A stretch of 64,000 bases of DNA from Candidatus Micrarchaeota archaeon. GTDB taxonomy: Archaea; Micrarchaeota; Micrarchaeia; Micrarchaeales; Micrarchaeaceae. The notes below the pieces were generated by a model. That model had not been told where the DNA came from. It made no database searches and saw only the letters and a list, made by a program, of their open reading frames with translations. The translations under genes were made by a program, and so were the position numbers. Positions 9,214-17,680 of this stretch are shown in pieces (position 1 is the first letter of the stretch; each line of letters starts with the position of its first letter). The stretch lies in the NCBI GenBank assembly GCA_021792295.1, contig JAJYUY010000001.1, positions 6,409 through 70,408 of the forward strand. Direction: 5' to 3'.

Positions 9214-9984
9214 GTGCCCTTGATGAGGCTTTTGCCGATAATGCTGCTTGCCCTGCTTGTCCCGCTCGCGGGAATGGTCCATGCCAGCTACACCGTGTCC
9301 GGCATCTACGTCAACGTGATGCTAAACCCGAACACGAGCGCGACGGTCAACGAGACGATACTGGTGCAGATAAGCAACCAGTCGCTCTCGCAGTACTCGA
9401 CAAGCAGGATGGCGCTGAACCTTACGCTTAGCGACTGGCAGCACATAATAGGCCCGCAGCTGGAGCAGCACATAATAAACCCGCGTGGGAGCATATACGA
9501 CTTCCGCTTCTTCCCCGGGCCGATATTCTCGGGCCGAAAGGGCTACAACGCCTCCATAGAGCTCATGTACAATGTCAACAACGTATCCACAGTGAGACAG
9601 ATCAGTCCGAGGGTCTTCGAGTACAGCTTCGACCCTGCGGTGTTCAACTTCGAGAACGGGGCGAGCGGGGAGGTGCTCAGCCCGAACACCACGCTTACCC
9701 TGAACATGCCAAGAGGCGCGCAGATAAGGTCCATTTACCCTACGCCAGACTCCCCGATCGGGGGCTTTGCCAACAACTACAGAAACGTTACAAGCGTGTC
9801 GTGGAACTCTGGCGAGCCGCTCACAAGGTTCACCCTTATCTTCCTGATACACGAAAGCCTTAGCGACGAGGTGGCAGGCTTCTTCGATGGCATATACCTG
9901 GCGCTTGGGCTCTACTCGTATGTGGTAGTCGCCGTCATAGTGGTAGCGCTTGTGCTCTACCTGTATTACAAGGCAGGCAGGTAA
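9214..9984 (+). CDS. secreted, C-terminally membrane-anchored protein with many N-x-S/T sequons
   Basis: Signal-like N-terminus MRLLPIMLLALLVPLAGMVHA (ATG 9223 may be the true start). C-terminal TM segment YSYVVVAVIVVALVLYLYY. More than 10 NxS/T sites. Confidence 0.6.
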   Translation: MPLMRLLPIMLLALLVPLAGMVHASYTVSGIYVNVMLNPNTSATVNETILVQISNQSLSQYSTSRMALNLTLSDWQHIIGPQLEQHIINPRGSIYDFRFFPGPIFSGRKGYNASIELMYNVNNVSTVRQISPRVFEYSFDPAVFNFENGASGEVLSPNTTLTLNMPRGAQIRSIYPTPDSPIGGFANNYRNVTSVSWNSGEPLTRFTLIFLIHESLSDEVAGFFDGIYLALGLYSYVVVAVIVVALVLYLYYKAGR

Positions 9985-11450
9985 TGGTGGGATTCTTGCA
10001 TGAGTATGAGCTTGCCGTGATAAAAGCGCTCAGGGAGGGGCGCAAGCTGGGGCTTGGCGCGCTTGCGAAGTCGGCGGGGCTGACCGTCGACAAGGCAATG
10101 TGGGCGGTCGAGAACCTAAGGGGGAGCGGGATGGTCGAGGTGGAGAGGAGGGCGAGCAGCTCGACGGTCGTGACAGATGAGGGAAAAAGGTACCTGAAGC
10201 GCTTCCCGGAGGAGGAGCTTATAAGGAGGGCGAAGGCGGGGCCTATGCGGATAGGCGCGGGCGATAGGATAGCGCTGGTGTGGGCGAAGAAAAACGGGTG
10301 GGTCGAGATATCAGAGGGCAAGGCGTCGCTTACCGCAAAGGGCAGGGAGGCCGTTGCCTCCGACTCTTACGGGCAGCGCGAACTGCTGGCGGCCATAAGC
10401 TCTGGGGAGAGGCCAGGGAAGGGCGCGGATGAGCAAAAGGCGATGGAGGCGCTTGTTGAGAGGGGGTTGGTTGATGAAATTAAGGGATCGGCAGAGATAA
10501 CGGTATCGATAACGGCCAATGGGAGGGCGGTAGAGACGGACGCGGATGTGGAGGGCATTGGCGCCCTGACAAGGGAGCTCATCTCCGGAGGAAGGTGGAG
10601 GGAGGTAAAGTTTAGGGGGTACGATATCGGCTCAAGGTTTGAGGAGGCGCACCCGGCGAGGCTGCACCCGATGCACGAGTTCATAAACGTGATCAGGGAG
10701 ATCTGGCTTAGGATGGGTTTCATGGAGATGTCCGGCCCCATAATAGAATCGTCATTCTGGAACTTCGACGCACTCTTTGCGCCGCAGGACCACCCGACTA
10801 GGGAGATGCAGGACACGTTCTTCATCTCCAACCCGCGGTATCTGGATATAGAGGATGTGGAGCTTCTCGGGAGGGTGAGGCGCATGCACAGCCAGGGGTG
10901 GAACGCGCGGCTCAACGACGAGATATCCAGGCAGGCGGTCTTAAGAACCCACGTGACCAGCGTCTCTGCGAGGCACATAAGGAAGTTCGCCGAGACCCTG
11001 GAAGAGAGCTACCCCATAAAGCTCTTCTCGGTTGGGAGGGTCTTTCGGAACGAGACCGTGGACTACAAGCACCTCGCCGAGTTCTACCAGACAGAGGGGA
11101 TAATAATAGGTAACAACCTCACACTCTCGAACCTCAAGGACACGCTGACCAAGTTCTACTCGCAGCTCGGCATAGACAACATAAGGATAAAGCCGAGTTA
11201 TTTCCCGTTCACCGAGCCCTCGCTTGAGGTGCATTACTATGATGAGAAGCGAGGCAGCGAGATAGAGATAGGAGGCGCTGGCATAATAAGAGAGGAGATA
11301 ACGAAAGCGATGGGAACCAACAAGAGCGTGCTCGCCTGGGGGCTGACCGTTGACAGGCTCCTCCTCAAATTTATGGATATAGAAACGCTCTCGGAGCTTT
11401 ACGGCAGCGGTGTGGGCTGGCTAAGGGGCAGAAGGGGGCTAGAGGTGTAG
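9984..11450 (+). CDS. pheS: phenylalanine--tRNA ligase alpha subunit
   Basis: 488 aa. Class II core: FWNFDALFAPQDHPTREMQDTFF, VGRVFRNE, GAGIIREE. The start overlaps the preceding stop (TAATG). Confidence 0.9.
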   Translation: MVGFLHEYELAVIKALREGRKLGLGALAKSAGLTVDKAMWAVENLRGSGMVEVERRASSSTVVTDEGKRYLKRFPEEELIRRAKAGPMRIGAGDRIALVWAKKNGWVEISEGKASLTAKGREAVASDSYGQRELLAAISSGERPGKGADEQKAMEALVERGLVDEIKGSAEITVSITANGRAVETDADVEGIGALTRELISGGRWREVKFRGYDIGSRFEEAHPARLHPMHEFINVIREIWLRMGFMEMSGPIIESSFWNFDALFAPQDHPTREMQDTFFISNPRYLDIEDVELLGRVRRMHSQGWNARLNDEISRQAVLRTHVTSVSARHIRKFAETLEESYPIKLFSVGRVFRNETVDYKHLAEFYQTEGIIIGNNLTLSNLKDTLTKFYSQLGIDNIRIKPSYFPFTEPSLEVHYYDEKRGSEIEIGGAGIIREEITKAMGTNKSVLAWGLTVDRLLLKFMDIETLSELYGSGVGWLRGRRGLEV

Positions 11451-11452
11451 CC

Positions 11453-13102
11453 ATGGCGACGGTTGTGTTCAGCATGATGGAGCTCGAGAAGAGGGGGATC
11501 GAAAGAGGAGATATCCAGAGGCTGATCGACAGGCTTGGCGCCTCGGTCGAGGGCCTTGAGGGGGACTCGATCACCGTCGAGTTCACGCCGCAGAGGCCGG
11601 ACCTCCTAGAGACCAACGGGCTCGCTAGGGCGCTGAGGCTGATCGGAGGGAACCACACGCCGAGTAAGTCGGATTACCAGGTGTCTCGGGAGCCGTACTT
11701 CAAGATACTCGTCACGCCAGCCGCGGCAAGAACGAAGCGGTTCGTTGGGGGGATGGTGGTGAAGGGCGCGGAGCTTTCCGGAGGGAGGCTGAAGGAGCTC
11801 ATAAACTTCACGGAGAAGTACTGCGATACATACGGAAGGAGGAGGAGGAAGATCGCGATAGGGCTACACAGCCTCGCGGCGGTAAAGGGGAACATAAGGT
11901 ACGATGCGGCGAGGGGGGGCAGCATAACGCCGCTGGGAACAGAGGCGGAGATGCAGTTCTCCGAGGTGCTCAAGCGCAGCGAGCAGGGGAGGGCATACTC
12001 AGAGATAATGGACGCGTATAAAAGCTATCCGTACATAGCCGACGACGAGAAGACGCTTGCGCTCGTACCTATAATAAACTCGGAGATGACGAGGGTCACC
12101 GAATCCACGAAGGATCTCTTCATCGACATAACCAGCAGCTCGATGAGCGCGCTTGACGAGACCGCCAACATACTCGCCTGCATGTTCATCGACAGCAGGG
12201 CGAAGGTCATGGGCTGTGCGGTTGAGCTACAGGCAGGGAAGGGATACTTCACCCCTAGCATGGAATACAGGGAGATGAGGCTCAGGAGCCCCAGGATAGA
12301 GAAGAGCCTCGGCATCGTATTGGATAACTCCAAGATGGTCTCGCTTGGGAACAGGATGGGGCATGTCGCAGCCAAGTACGGGAACGGGATAATCTTCTTC
12401 GTTCCGCCGTACAGAGTAGACGTGCTCGGCGAGAGAGACCTTATAGAGGACATAGCGATCGCATATGGCTATGACAGGATAAAGCCCCTCCCGGTCTATG
12501 GGGACTCGGTCGGGGTGCCGGACGAGCTCGTCGAGAGGGGCGAGCGTGTGTCGCTCATCGAGCTTGGGCTTGGATTCAGCGAGGCGATGGGCAACTACCT
12601 TACAAATGAGGAGCAGAACTTCGACATGATGCGCAGGTCGAGGGACGGGGCGGGCGCAGTGGCAATATCGTACTCGAAGACAGGGCGCATATCCATGCTC
12701 AGGACATCTGTGCTCCCGTCGCTGATGTCAGCGCTCTCGAAATCTTCACAGGAGCGCATGCCGCAGCGGCTATTCGAGATAGGGGGTGCTTTCAGGATGG
12801 AGGGGGGCCGGCCGGTCGAGCGGACGCACGTGTCGATGGTCAGCGAGCACACAAGGTCGAACTTCTCCGAGATGAAGGCGTATGTGAACGCCATTGTGTG
12901 GGCCGCCGGGGCGGGCAGGGCCGGCTTCGAGAGGCATTCGGATCCTGCATTCATCGAAGGCAGATGCGCATCCGTATCGATCAACGGCAGGAGGATCGGC
13001 GTGATGGGCGAGATCCATCCAGAGGTCCTGTCGAATTTCAGGATAGAGGAGCCGGTTTCCGCGGCAGAGCTTGAGCTTGAGGCACTTTTCCAGGGTAGAT
13101 GA
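11453..13102 (+). CDS. pheT: phenylalanine--tRNA ligase beta subunit (archaeal type)
   Basis: 549 aa, immediately downstream of pheS. B3/4 and B5-like regions and length match the archaeal beta subunit. Confidence 0.9.
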   Translation: MATVVFSMMELEKRGIERGDIQRLIDRLGASVEGLEGDSITVEFTPQRPDLLETNGLARALRLIGGNHTPSKSDYQVSREPYFKILVTPAAARTKRFVGGMVVKGAELSGGRLKELINFTEKYCDTYGRRRRKIAIGLHSLAAVKGNIRYDAARGGSITPLGTEAEMQFSEVLKRSEQGRAYSEIMDAYKSYPYIADDEKTLALVPIINSEMTRVTESTKDLFIDITSSSMSALDETANILACMFIDSRAKVMGCAVELQAGKGYFTPSMEYREMRLRSPRIEKSLGIVLDNSKMVSLGNRMGHVAAKYGNGIIFFVPPYRVDVLGERDLIEDIAIAYGYDRIKPLPVYGDSVGVPDELVERGERVSLIELGLGFSEAMGNYLTNEEQNFDMMRRSRDGAGAVAISYSKTGRISMLRTSVLPSLMSALSKSSQERMPQRLFEIGGAFRMEGGRPVERTHVSMVSEHTRSNFSEMKAYVNAIVWAAGAGRAGFERHSDPAFIEGRCASVSINGRRIGVMGEIHPEVLSNFRIEEPVSAAELELEALFQGR

Positions 13103-13103
13103 G

Positions 13104-13757
13104 CTATTTGAGGAAGCGGCGGAGATCCCTGACGCGCTTGATGATGTGATCCGCCTGCGTCTTCTGCGCGCCCGCCCCGTTAGTCAGCTGTATGGCGGTG
13201 ATCCCGAGCCCCTTTGCCGCGGAGATCATGCTTGGAGAGGAGCTGACGAAGAGCGCTGATTCTCTGCCTGCGCCGAGCGCCTCAGCGTCCTCTACCGCAT
13301 CGCCGATTATGGTTGCGCGTTCTCTGCCCATACCGCCGTACTGGGCGAATCTGAACGACCCTGCGCTTATCGATGCCCTCTCGAGCATGTTGGCGACTAT
13401 GCGCTCGAGGTTGGGGGTCGCAATGCCGAGGAGGACGCCGCTGCCTGTGGAGAGCTCTTTGATGAGTGAGTCCGCTCCATCAGAGACCGAGATCTTGTCG
13501 TGGCCGGCTACATTGTAGTACGCATAGGGGAGCTCGTCGAGGAAAAGCTGCATCTTCTCCCCAGTGTCTATGCCCTCCCCTGCGAGCAGCTGGCTGACTG
13601 TTTCCTGCACCGTGCCGTCGTACTTCGAGATGTCCAGCCCCTCCAGCACCGTGCCATAGACGTTCCTTATGCTCTCAAAGTAGAACCTGCTTACGTCCTT
13701 CGCATCATGGAGGATAGCGTTGATGTCGAGGATCAGCGCGTTGGGCAAGCGAAACAC
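13104..13757 (-). CDS. HAD-superfamily hydrolase-like protein
   Basis: 217 aa. Motif I region reads LILDINAIL (D-x-N rather than D-x-D). GIATPN and C-terminal FVSSSPSMISAAKGLG occupy the HAD motif positions. Confidence 0.6.
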   Translation of the reverse strand: MFRLPNALILDINAILHDAKDVSRFYFESIRNVYGTVLEGLDISKYDGTVQETVSQLLAGEGIDTGEKMQLFLDELPYAYYNVAGHDKISVSDGADSLIKELSTGSGVLLGIATPNLERIVANMLERASISAGSFRFAQYGGMGRERATIIGDAVEDAEALGAGRESALFVSSSPSMISAAKGLGITAIQLTNGAGAQKTQADHIIKRVRDLRRFLK

Positions 13758-13759
13758 CG

Positions 13760-14440
13760 TCAGATTCCATGGAACCAGAAGCCCTTGCTCTGGTCTTTCC
13801 TTTTCTTCCCGAAGAGCCGGATGGCGCTGGTGCCAGGCTTAGGTGTGTAGGACGGGTCTATGAGCCGCGCCTTCTCTGGGTTGTCCTCAAGGTAGCCCTC
13901 CTGGAACTTCCTGAACTTTTCCTGCTTCGCCCTCTCTGCCTGGGCTGCGCGCTCCTCCCTCCCAATCTTCATCCTGTCCCATTGCTCACGGGTGTAGCCC
14001 CATGGGACGCGCTCCCTTATGGACGGAGGAGCGTAGGCGTAGCTGTAGAGGTTCTTGTAGTAGTCGTAGTCCTCGACCGTTGCGGCCTCGGCGGATACGT
14101 TCACGCCCTCCTTTGCCAGCGTGTCCACGATGCCCCCGAGGCTTATCTTCTCCTTGCTGTTCTCTGCCCCGACAGGATTGAAGATTATTATTATTTTGGC
14201 CTTGGTGAAGTTGACCGTCGCCTTTATTATCGGGTCCATCATCATTAGCCTGTACTGGAGCCTGGCGGCATGGGGGATGTCGACCAGCTCGCGCCTGTCC
14301 ACATTCTCGAACGTGACCCGCTTTATAATCCTGTATGGCACCCTGTATCTCTTCCCGTTCTCGGTGACGTAGGCGTCGTACGTGCCTTCGTCGCTCGCCC
14401 GAATTTGCTGCGTATTTGTCGCGTGGGTGTTGTGGTCCAT
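13760..14440 (-). CDS. hypothetical protein with HMA/ferredoxin-like segment lacking the CxxC site
   Basis: ATG 14440 (MDHNTHATN) is 14 nt after the radical SAM stop. The segment KATVNFTKAKIIIIFNP...ISLGGIVDTLAKEGVNVS resembles the second half of an HMA fold. A Lys/Glu-rich tail follows. The ORF-track N-terminal extension overlaps the upstream gene. Confidence 0.55.
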   Translation of the reverse strand: MDHNTHATNTQQIRASDEGTYDAYVTENGKRYRVPYRIIKRVTFENVDRRELVDIPHAARLQYRLMMMDPIIKATVNFTKAKIIIIFNPVGAENSKEKISLGGIVDTLAKEGVNVSAEAATVEDYDYYKNLYSYAYAPPSIRERVPWGYTREQWDRMKIGREERAAQAERAKQEKFRKFQEGYLEDNPEKARLIDPSYTPKPGTSAIRLFGKKRKDQSKGFWFHGI

Positions 14441-14454
14441 TCCTATCGCCGTTG

Positions 14455-16455
14455 TCAGGAACCGCAGCCGCAGCCATCGGACCCGCAGCCGCACCGATCC
14501 TCCTTCTCGCCTGCGTCGCTGCCGCAGTCGTCGCTGCTGCATTCGCATGCAGAGCCGTGCTTTGCAGGTATGCTGCCAACCGTGCTGCCGGGTCTCTTCT
14601 CGTCCGACACGGCCTTTGCGCTTTTGGTCACTGCTATTGGGGGTACGGTCGCGGCTGGGCGCTTCAGGCCCATGCCGCCGTTCACCGGCAGCGCGAAGTA
14701 GTCGGTAATGCTGCCGTAGGTGTTCCTGTAGGCCTGCGTGGCCTCAAGCTCCTTGACATTCCTCATGTACTTGTCGCTCTTGTAGCTCCAGCCGTTGTGT
14801 GTGTTCTGCCACTCGCTCGAGGGTATGCTGTACTGCTTCTGGACCTTGTCCCTGTATACTTCAGGGAAGACGTTGAACGTGCAGAACGGGAGGACCTCCC
14901 CGTCGGGCATGGCGTAGCTTATGTCGCACTTCTCGACCCTGTGTATGTCGTACGTGTACTCGTCCTGGAAGTGCATCATGCCAAGGAACAGGGTCTTCAT
15001 CTGCAGGTTGCCCATCGTCGCGAAGTCCCTCTTGAGGAACAAGGACATGAGTATCTTGCCGAAGTTTACCGTCTTCGGCTGTCTCTTCTTGTCTATGAAC
15101 TTGCTGACGCCAAGCAGCGCCCTCACCGCTATCGCCTTCCTGGCCAGCCTCCCCTTTCCGTCCATCTCGTTTACCGCGTTCTGCAGGTGCTCAACAAGCC
15201 CCTGCGCGTCGACGAATTCCGTTATTGGTATGACCTTGTTGTCGCTGTCAAGGAAGAGGTATGTGCCAGCGCCGCATGCGAAGTGTATCGAGAGGTCGTA
15301 CTTGAAGTCGCCGCTGAGCGCCTCGATGAACTTGTTTATGCCGCCGACGTAGGGCACCGAGAACCAATTCTCCTTCCTTACGACCCCATTGGTCTGCTCC
15401 TCTATCATCTTTATCGCGCCTGGTATTGTGATCCTCTGTTTCTCCCTGAGCCGAGTGGGCATCCTGCCAACCAGCGAGACGGGCTGGAAGTTGACCGCCC
15501 GCACCACGTCGATGTTGTTGAGCGCGAAGTTTATCATCGCGCCGAGCTCGTGCTCGTTTATCGTCCTTATGACCGTTGGCACGAGGACTACGCTGATGCC
15601 TGCCTTTCTGACCGCGTCGAGCGTCGCTGGCACCTCCCAGTGGTTCTTCGGGTTCGCGCGGGCGCTCACCCCGTCGAAGCTCATGTAGAGCGTGCTGACG
15701 CCTGCGTGCTTCAGCTTGTAGGCAATGTCAGGGTTCTGTCCTATTATTATGCCGGTTGTGTTCAGCTGGATCTGGTCAAAGCCCTCCTCTTTTGCCATCT
15801 TCACAACTTCCACTATGTTGGGGTGCATCATCGGCTCGCCCCCAGTTATCTGTATAGCGTTGGCCGCTATCGGCTTCTGGCTCCTTAGGCTAATGAAGGT
15901 CTTGCGTATCTCGTCAAGGCCGGGCTCGTATATTGGTTCGCCCTCCTTGGCATAGAAGAAGCAGTACCAGCACGAGAGGTGGCACCTGTTCGTTATGACC
16001 ACGTTTGCGAGCCCTGTGTGCGACTTGTGGCGCTCGCACATCCCGCAGTCGAATGGGCAGTTCGCGCCCTTCGTCTCGGTTATGTAGTTTGGGTTCTCGA
16101 AGCCGCGGCCGAAGTAGTTGTAGCGTTTCATCTTCATGTACATGTCGTAGTCCTCCCAGTACTTCTCTATCGTCCACTTGTGCTCCGGGCAGTACTTCCT
16201 TATCATGACGTTGTCGCCGTCCTTGTAGAGGGTCCCGTTTATGATCAGCTTGCATTCGGGGCATACGGTCATCGTCTTTTCCACGACCGGCATCTTCTCT
16301 ATCTCCTCCATGCTCCTCCTGTACGGCGCGAGTATCCTTTCATCTGCCTCGGTTACGCCCTGCTGGGCGCCCGGCCTGACGCTGTTTATCTCTATGGTCT
16401 CCATCTTCTGGGCCGCGCTGCTCTGTGCTCCCAGGTGCTGAGGGCTGTTCGGCAT
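14455..16455 (-). CDS. radical SAM protein, tetraether lipid synthase (Tes/GDGT-MAS)-like family
   Basis: Start ATG 16455 (MPNSPQHL), ~32 nt downstream of tttatatat (16495-16487). N-terminal rubredoxin-like CPECK...CPEH, then CPFDCGMCERH. Radical SAM motif NRCHLSCWYC, GGEP, and C-terminal MHFQDEYTYDIHRVEKCDISYAMPDGEVLPFCTFN. Unusual Cys/Gly/Asp tail. Confidence 0.8.
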   Translation of the reverse strand: MPNSPQHLGAQSSAAQKMETIEINSVRPGAQQGVTEADERILAPYRRSMEEIEKMPVVEKTMTVCPECKLIINGTLYKDGDNVMIRKYCPEHKWTIEKYWEDYDMYMKMKRYNYFGRGFENPNYITETKGANCPFDCGMCERHKSHTGLANVVITNRCHLSCWYCFFYAKEGEPIYEPGLDEIRKTFISLRSQKPIAANAIQITGGEPMMHPNIVEVVKMAKEEGFDQIQLNTTGIIIGQNPDIAYKLKHAGVSTLYMSFDGVSARANPKNHWEVPATLDAVRKAGISVVLVPTVIRTINEHELGAMINFALNNIDVVRAVNFQPVSLVGRMPTRLREKQRITIPGAIKMIEEQTNGVVRKENWFSVPYVGGINKFIEALSGDFKYDLSIHFACGAGTYLFLDSDNKVIPITEFVDAQGLVEHLQNAVNEMDGKGRLARKAIAVRALLGVSKFIDKKRQPKTVNFGKILMSLFLKRDFATMGNLQMKTLFLGMMHFQDEYTYDIHRVEKCDISYAMPDGEVLPFCTFNVFPEVYRDKVQKQYSIPSSEWQNTHNGWSYKSDKYMRNVKELEATQAYRNTYGSITDYFALPVNGGMGLKRPAATVPPIAVTKSAKAVSDEKRPGSTVGSIPAKHGSACECSSDDCGSDAGEKEDRCGCGSDGCGCGS

Positions 16456-16535
16456 ATTGCTCACGCCTATACTACCCCTGAAGAAGATATATAAACCTTG
16501 CAAGGTCCTAGTTATACTCGCATTCAAAAATTGCG

Positions 16536-16853
16536 CTATGTGGTGAGGCGCGCCAGCCTGGGATCCGAGGATATGCGCTCGAGCTCCTCGGCGATCCGCG
16601 CCTCTCCGGCCCCTTCGACCGCCATCCTGACCAGGCTCTGCTCCAATCCTAGCGCTACCACGGCTCTCATTACTATAAGTATGCGGCCCGAGCGCTTCAT
16701 GCGCATGTAATTGCTGATCGATGCCTGCCTGACGCCGAGCAGCTCCGCCGCCCTTGACTGACTCATGTGGTGCCTTTCGATCAGCGCCCTTGCAGCGGCC
16801 ATCCTGATCGCAGGTATTGTTATCCTGCCGGCGGTCTCGCATCCACTGAACAA
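16536..16853 (-). CDS. HTH transcriptional regulator (XRE-like)
   Basis: 105 aa. IPAIRMAAARALIERHHMSQSRAAELLGVRQASISNYMRMKRSG is a helix-turn-helix pattern. Confidence 0.6.
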   Translation of the reverse strand: MFSGCETAGRITIPAIRMAAARALIERHHMSQSRAAELLGVRQASISNYMRMKRSGRILIVMRAVVALGLEQSLVRMAVEGAGEARIAEELERISSDPRLARLTT

Positions 16854-16857
16854 GCGA

Positions 16858-17379
16858 TCACTCGATCCCGAAGGCGTACCTTATTCTTCCCATTATCCCA
16901 TCCTCTCTCGGACCCCTCTCGTCGTCATAATTTTCGTTGTCGCGTTCGGGCTCGGCGGCGCGCTCCTTCGGCCTTTCGCGCCTCTTCTGCCCCCTTTGCT
17001 GCACGGTGGCAGGCCGCGGAGGTTGTTCGCGCTCCGCGGCGGGCCCGCCCGCCCTGCCGAGCGCCTCCGCAGGCCTCATCGAGCGCTCCCAATCGGAGTC
17101 GAATATGAGGAGGTTGGAACCGGATTCTATGGCGCTCCTCAGTATGCGCTGGCTGTGGCACGCCGCCGCCCTCACCATCGGGGTCCTGTTTGCCTCGATC
17201 GCGGCCTTTATTGGATTGCCGGACACCATTATCGCGTAGTCGAAGCTCTTCTCCAGCTCTGCCGCAACGGCAGACGAGGAGGTCTCTGCGCCTATGATCG
17301 CAGATATGCCGCCCTCGTTGAGGGTGTTGGCAAGGGATATGCATGAATCCCTGTCAGTTCCGAAGACATAAACCCGCAT
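16858..17379 (-). CDS. RpiB/LacAB-like domain protein (probably non-catalytic) with highly charged tail
   Basis: ATG 17379 (MRVYVFGTD). DYAIMVSGNPIKAAIEANRTPMVRAAACHSQRILRSAIESGSNLLIF parallels the RpiB pattern CGTGIG..IAANK..GIRAA.CH...A...R.HN.ANVL, but with Ser in place of the catalytic Cys. The C-terminal ~80 aa are Arg/Glu/Pro-rich. Confidence 0.5.
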   Translation of the reverse strand: MRVYVFGTDRDSCISLANTLNEGGISAIIGAETSSSAVAAELEKSFDYAIMVSGNPIKAAIEANRTPMVRAAACHSQRILRSAIESGSNLLIFDSDWERSMRPAEALGRAGGPAAEREQPPRPATVQQRGQKRRERPKERAAEPERDNENYDDERGPREDGIMGRIRYAFGIE

Positions 17380-17395
17380 ATCTAACATAGGATTA

Positions 17396-17680
17396 TTGGT
17401 GGTAGAGGCTATTAATCTTTTTATCCCAATCTGTATTGGTGTTAGTTTGCGGGGAAAAGAAACATTGGTAACGTGCGATTCGTGCGGGAGGAAGGTTCCT
17501 AGGAACAAGGCGGTCGTTTACGAGAAGGGAGTTGGGTACAACACAGAGCTTAAAACAGCCAACGATGTAAGGTTCTTCCAGAGGATGAAGATGACATACT
17601 GCATAAGCTGCGCAAAGCACAGAGGGATATTCGAGAGGCTGAAGAGGCGCTCGATAGAGAGGTCAAAACGAGAGTACTGA
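17396..17680 (+). CDS. rps26e: 30S ribosomal protein S26e
   Basis: VTCDSCGRKVPRNKAVV...TYCISCAKHRGI matches the eS26 zinc-ribbon pattern. The true start may be TTG 17447 (MRGKETLVTC). Confidence 0.7.
   Translation: MVVEAINLFIPICIGVSLRGKETLVTCDSCGRKVPRNKAVVYEKGVGYNTELKTANDVRFFQRMKMTYCISCAKHRGIFERLKRRSIERSKREY

Noticed and set aside
13104-13757. The HAD-like protein with motif I reading D-I-N instead of D-x-D, as a possibly inactive or novel-chemistry HAD member.
   Set aside because: I cannot align the four HAD motifs reliably by eye, and variants at the second Asp are known in the superfamily. This is not strong enough for a finding.
14416-15888. A 490-aa + strand ORF antisense to the radical SAM gene. 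Similar long antisense ORFs occur at 33168-33959 (opposite radA), 50056-50787, 17518-18123, 3611-4591 and 52882-53784.
   Set aside because: For the two I checked (14416 versus 14455, 33168 versus 33252), the antisense ORF shares codon boundaries with the real gene. It therefore stays open simply because the sense gene avoids TTA, CTA and TCA codons. The translated products are Arg/Leu/His/Val-rich with junk-like composition and no motifs.
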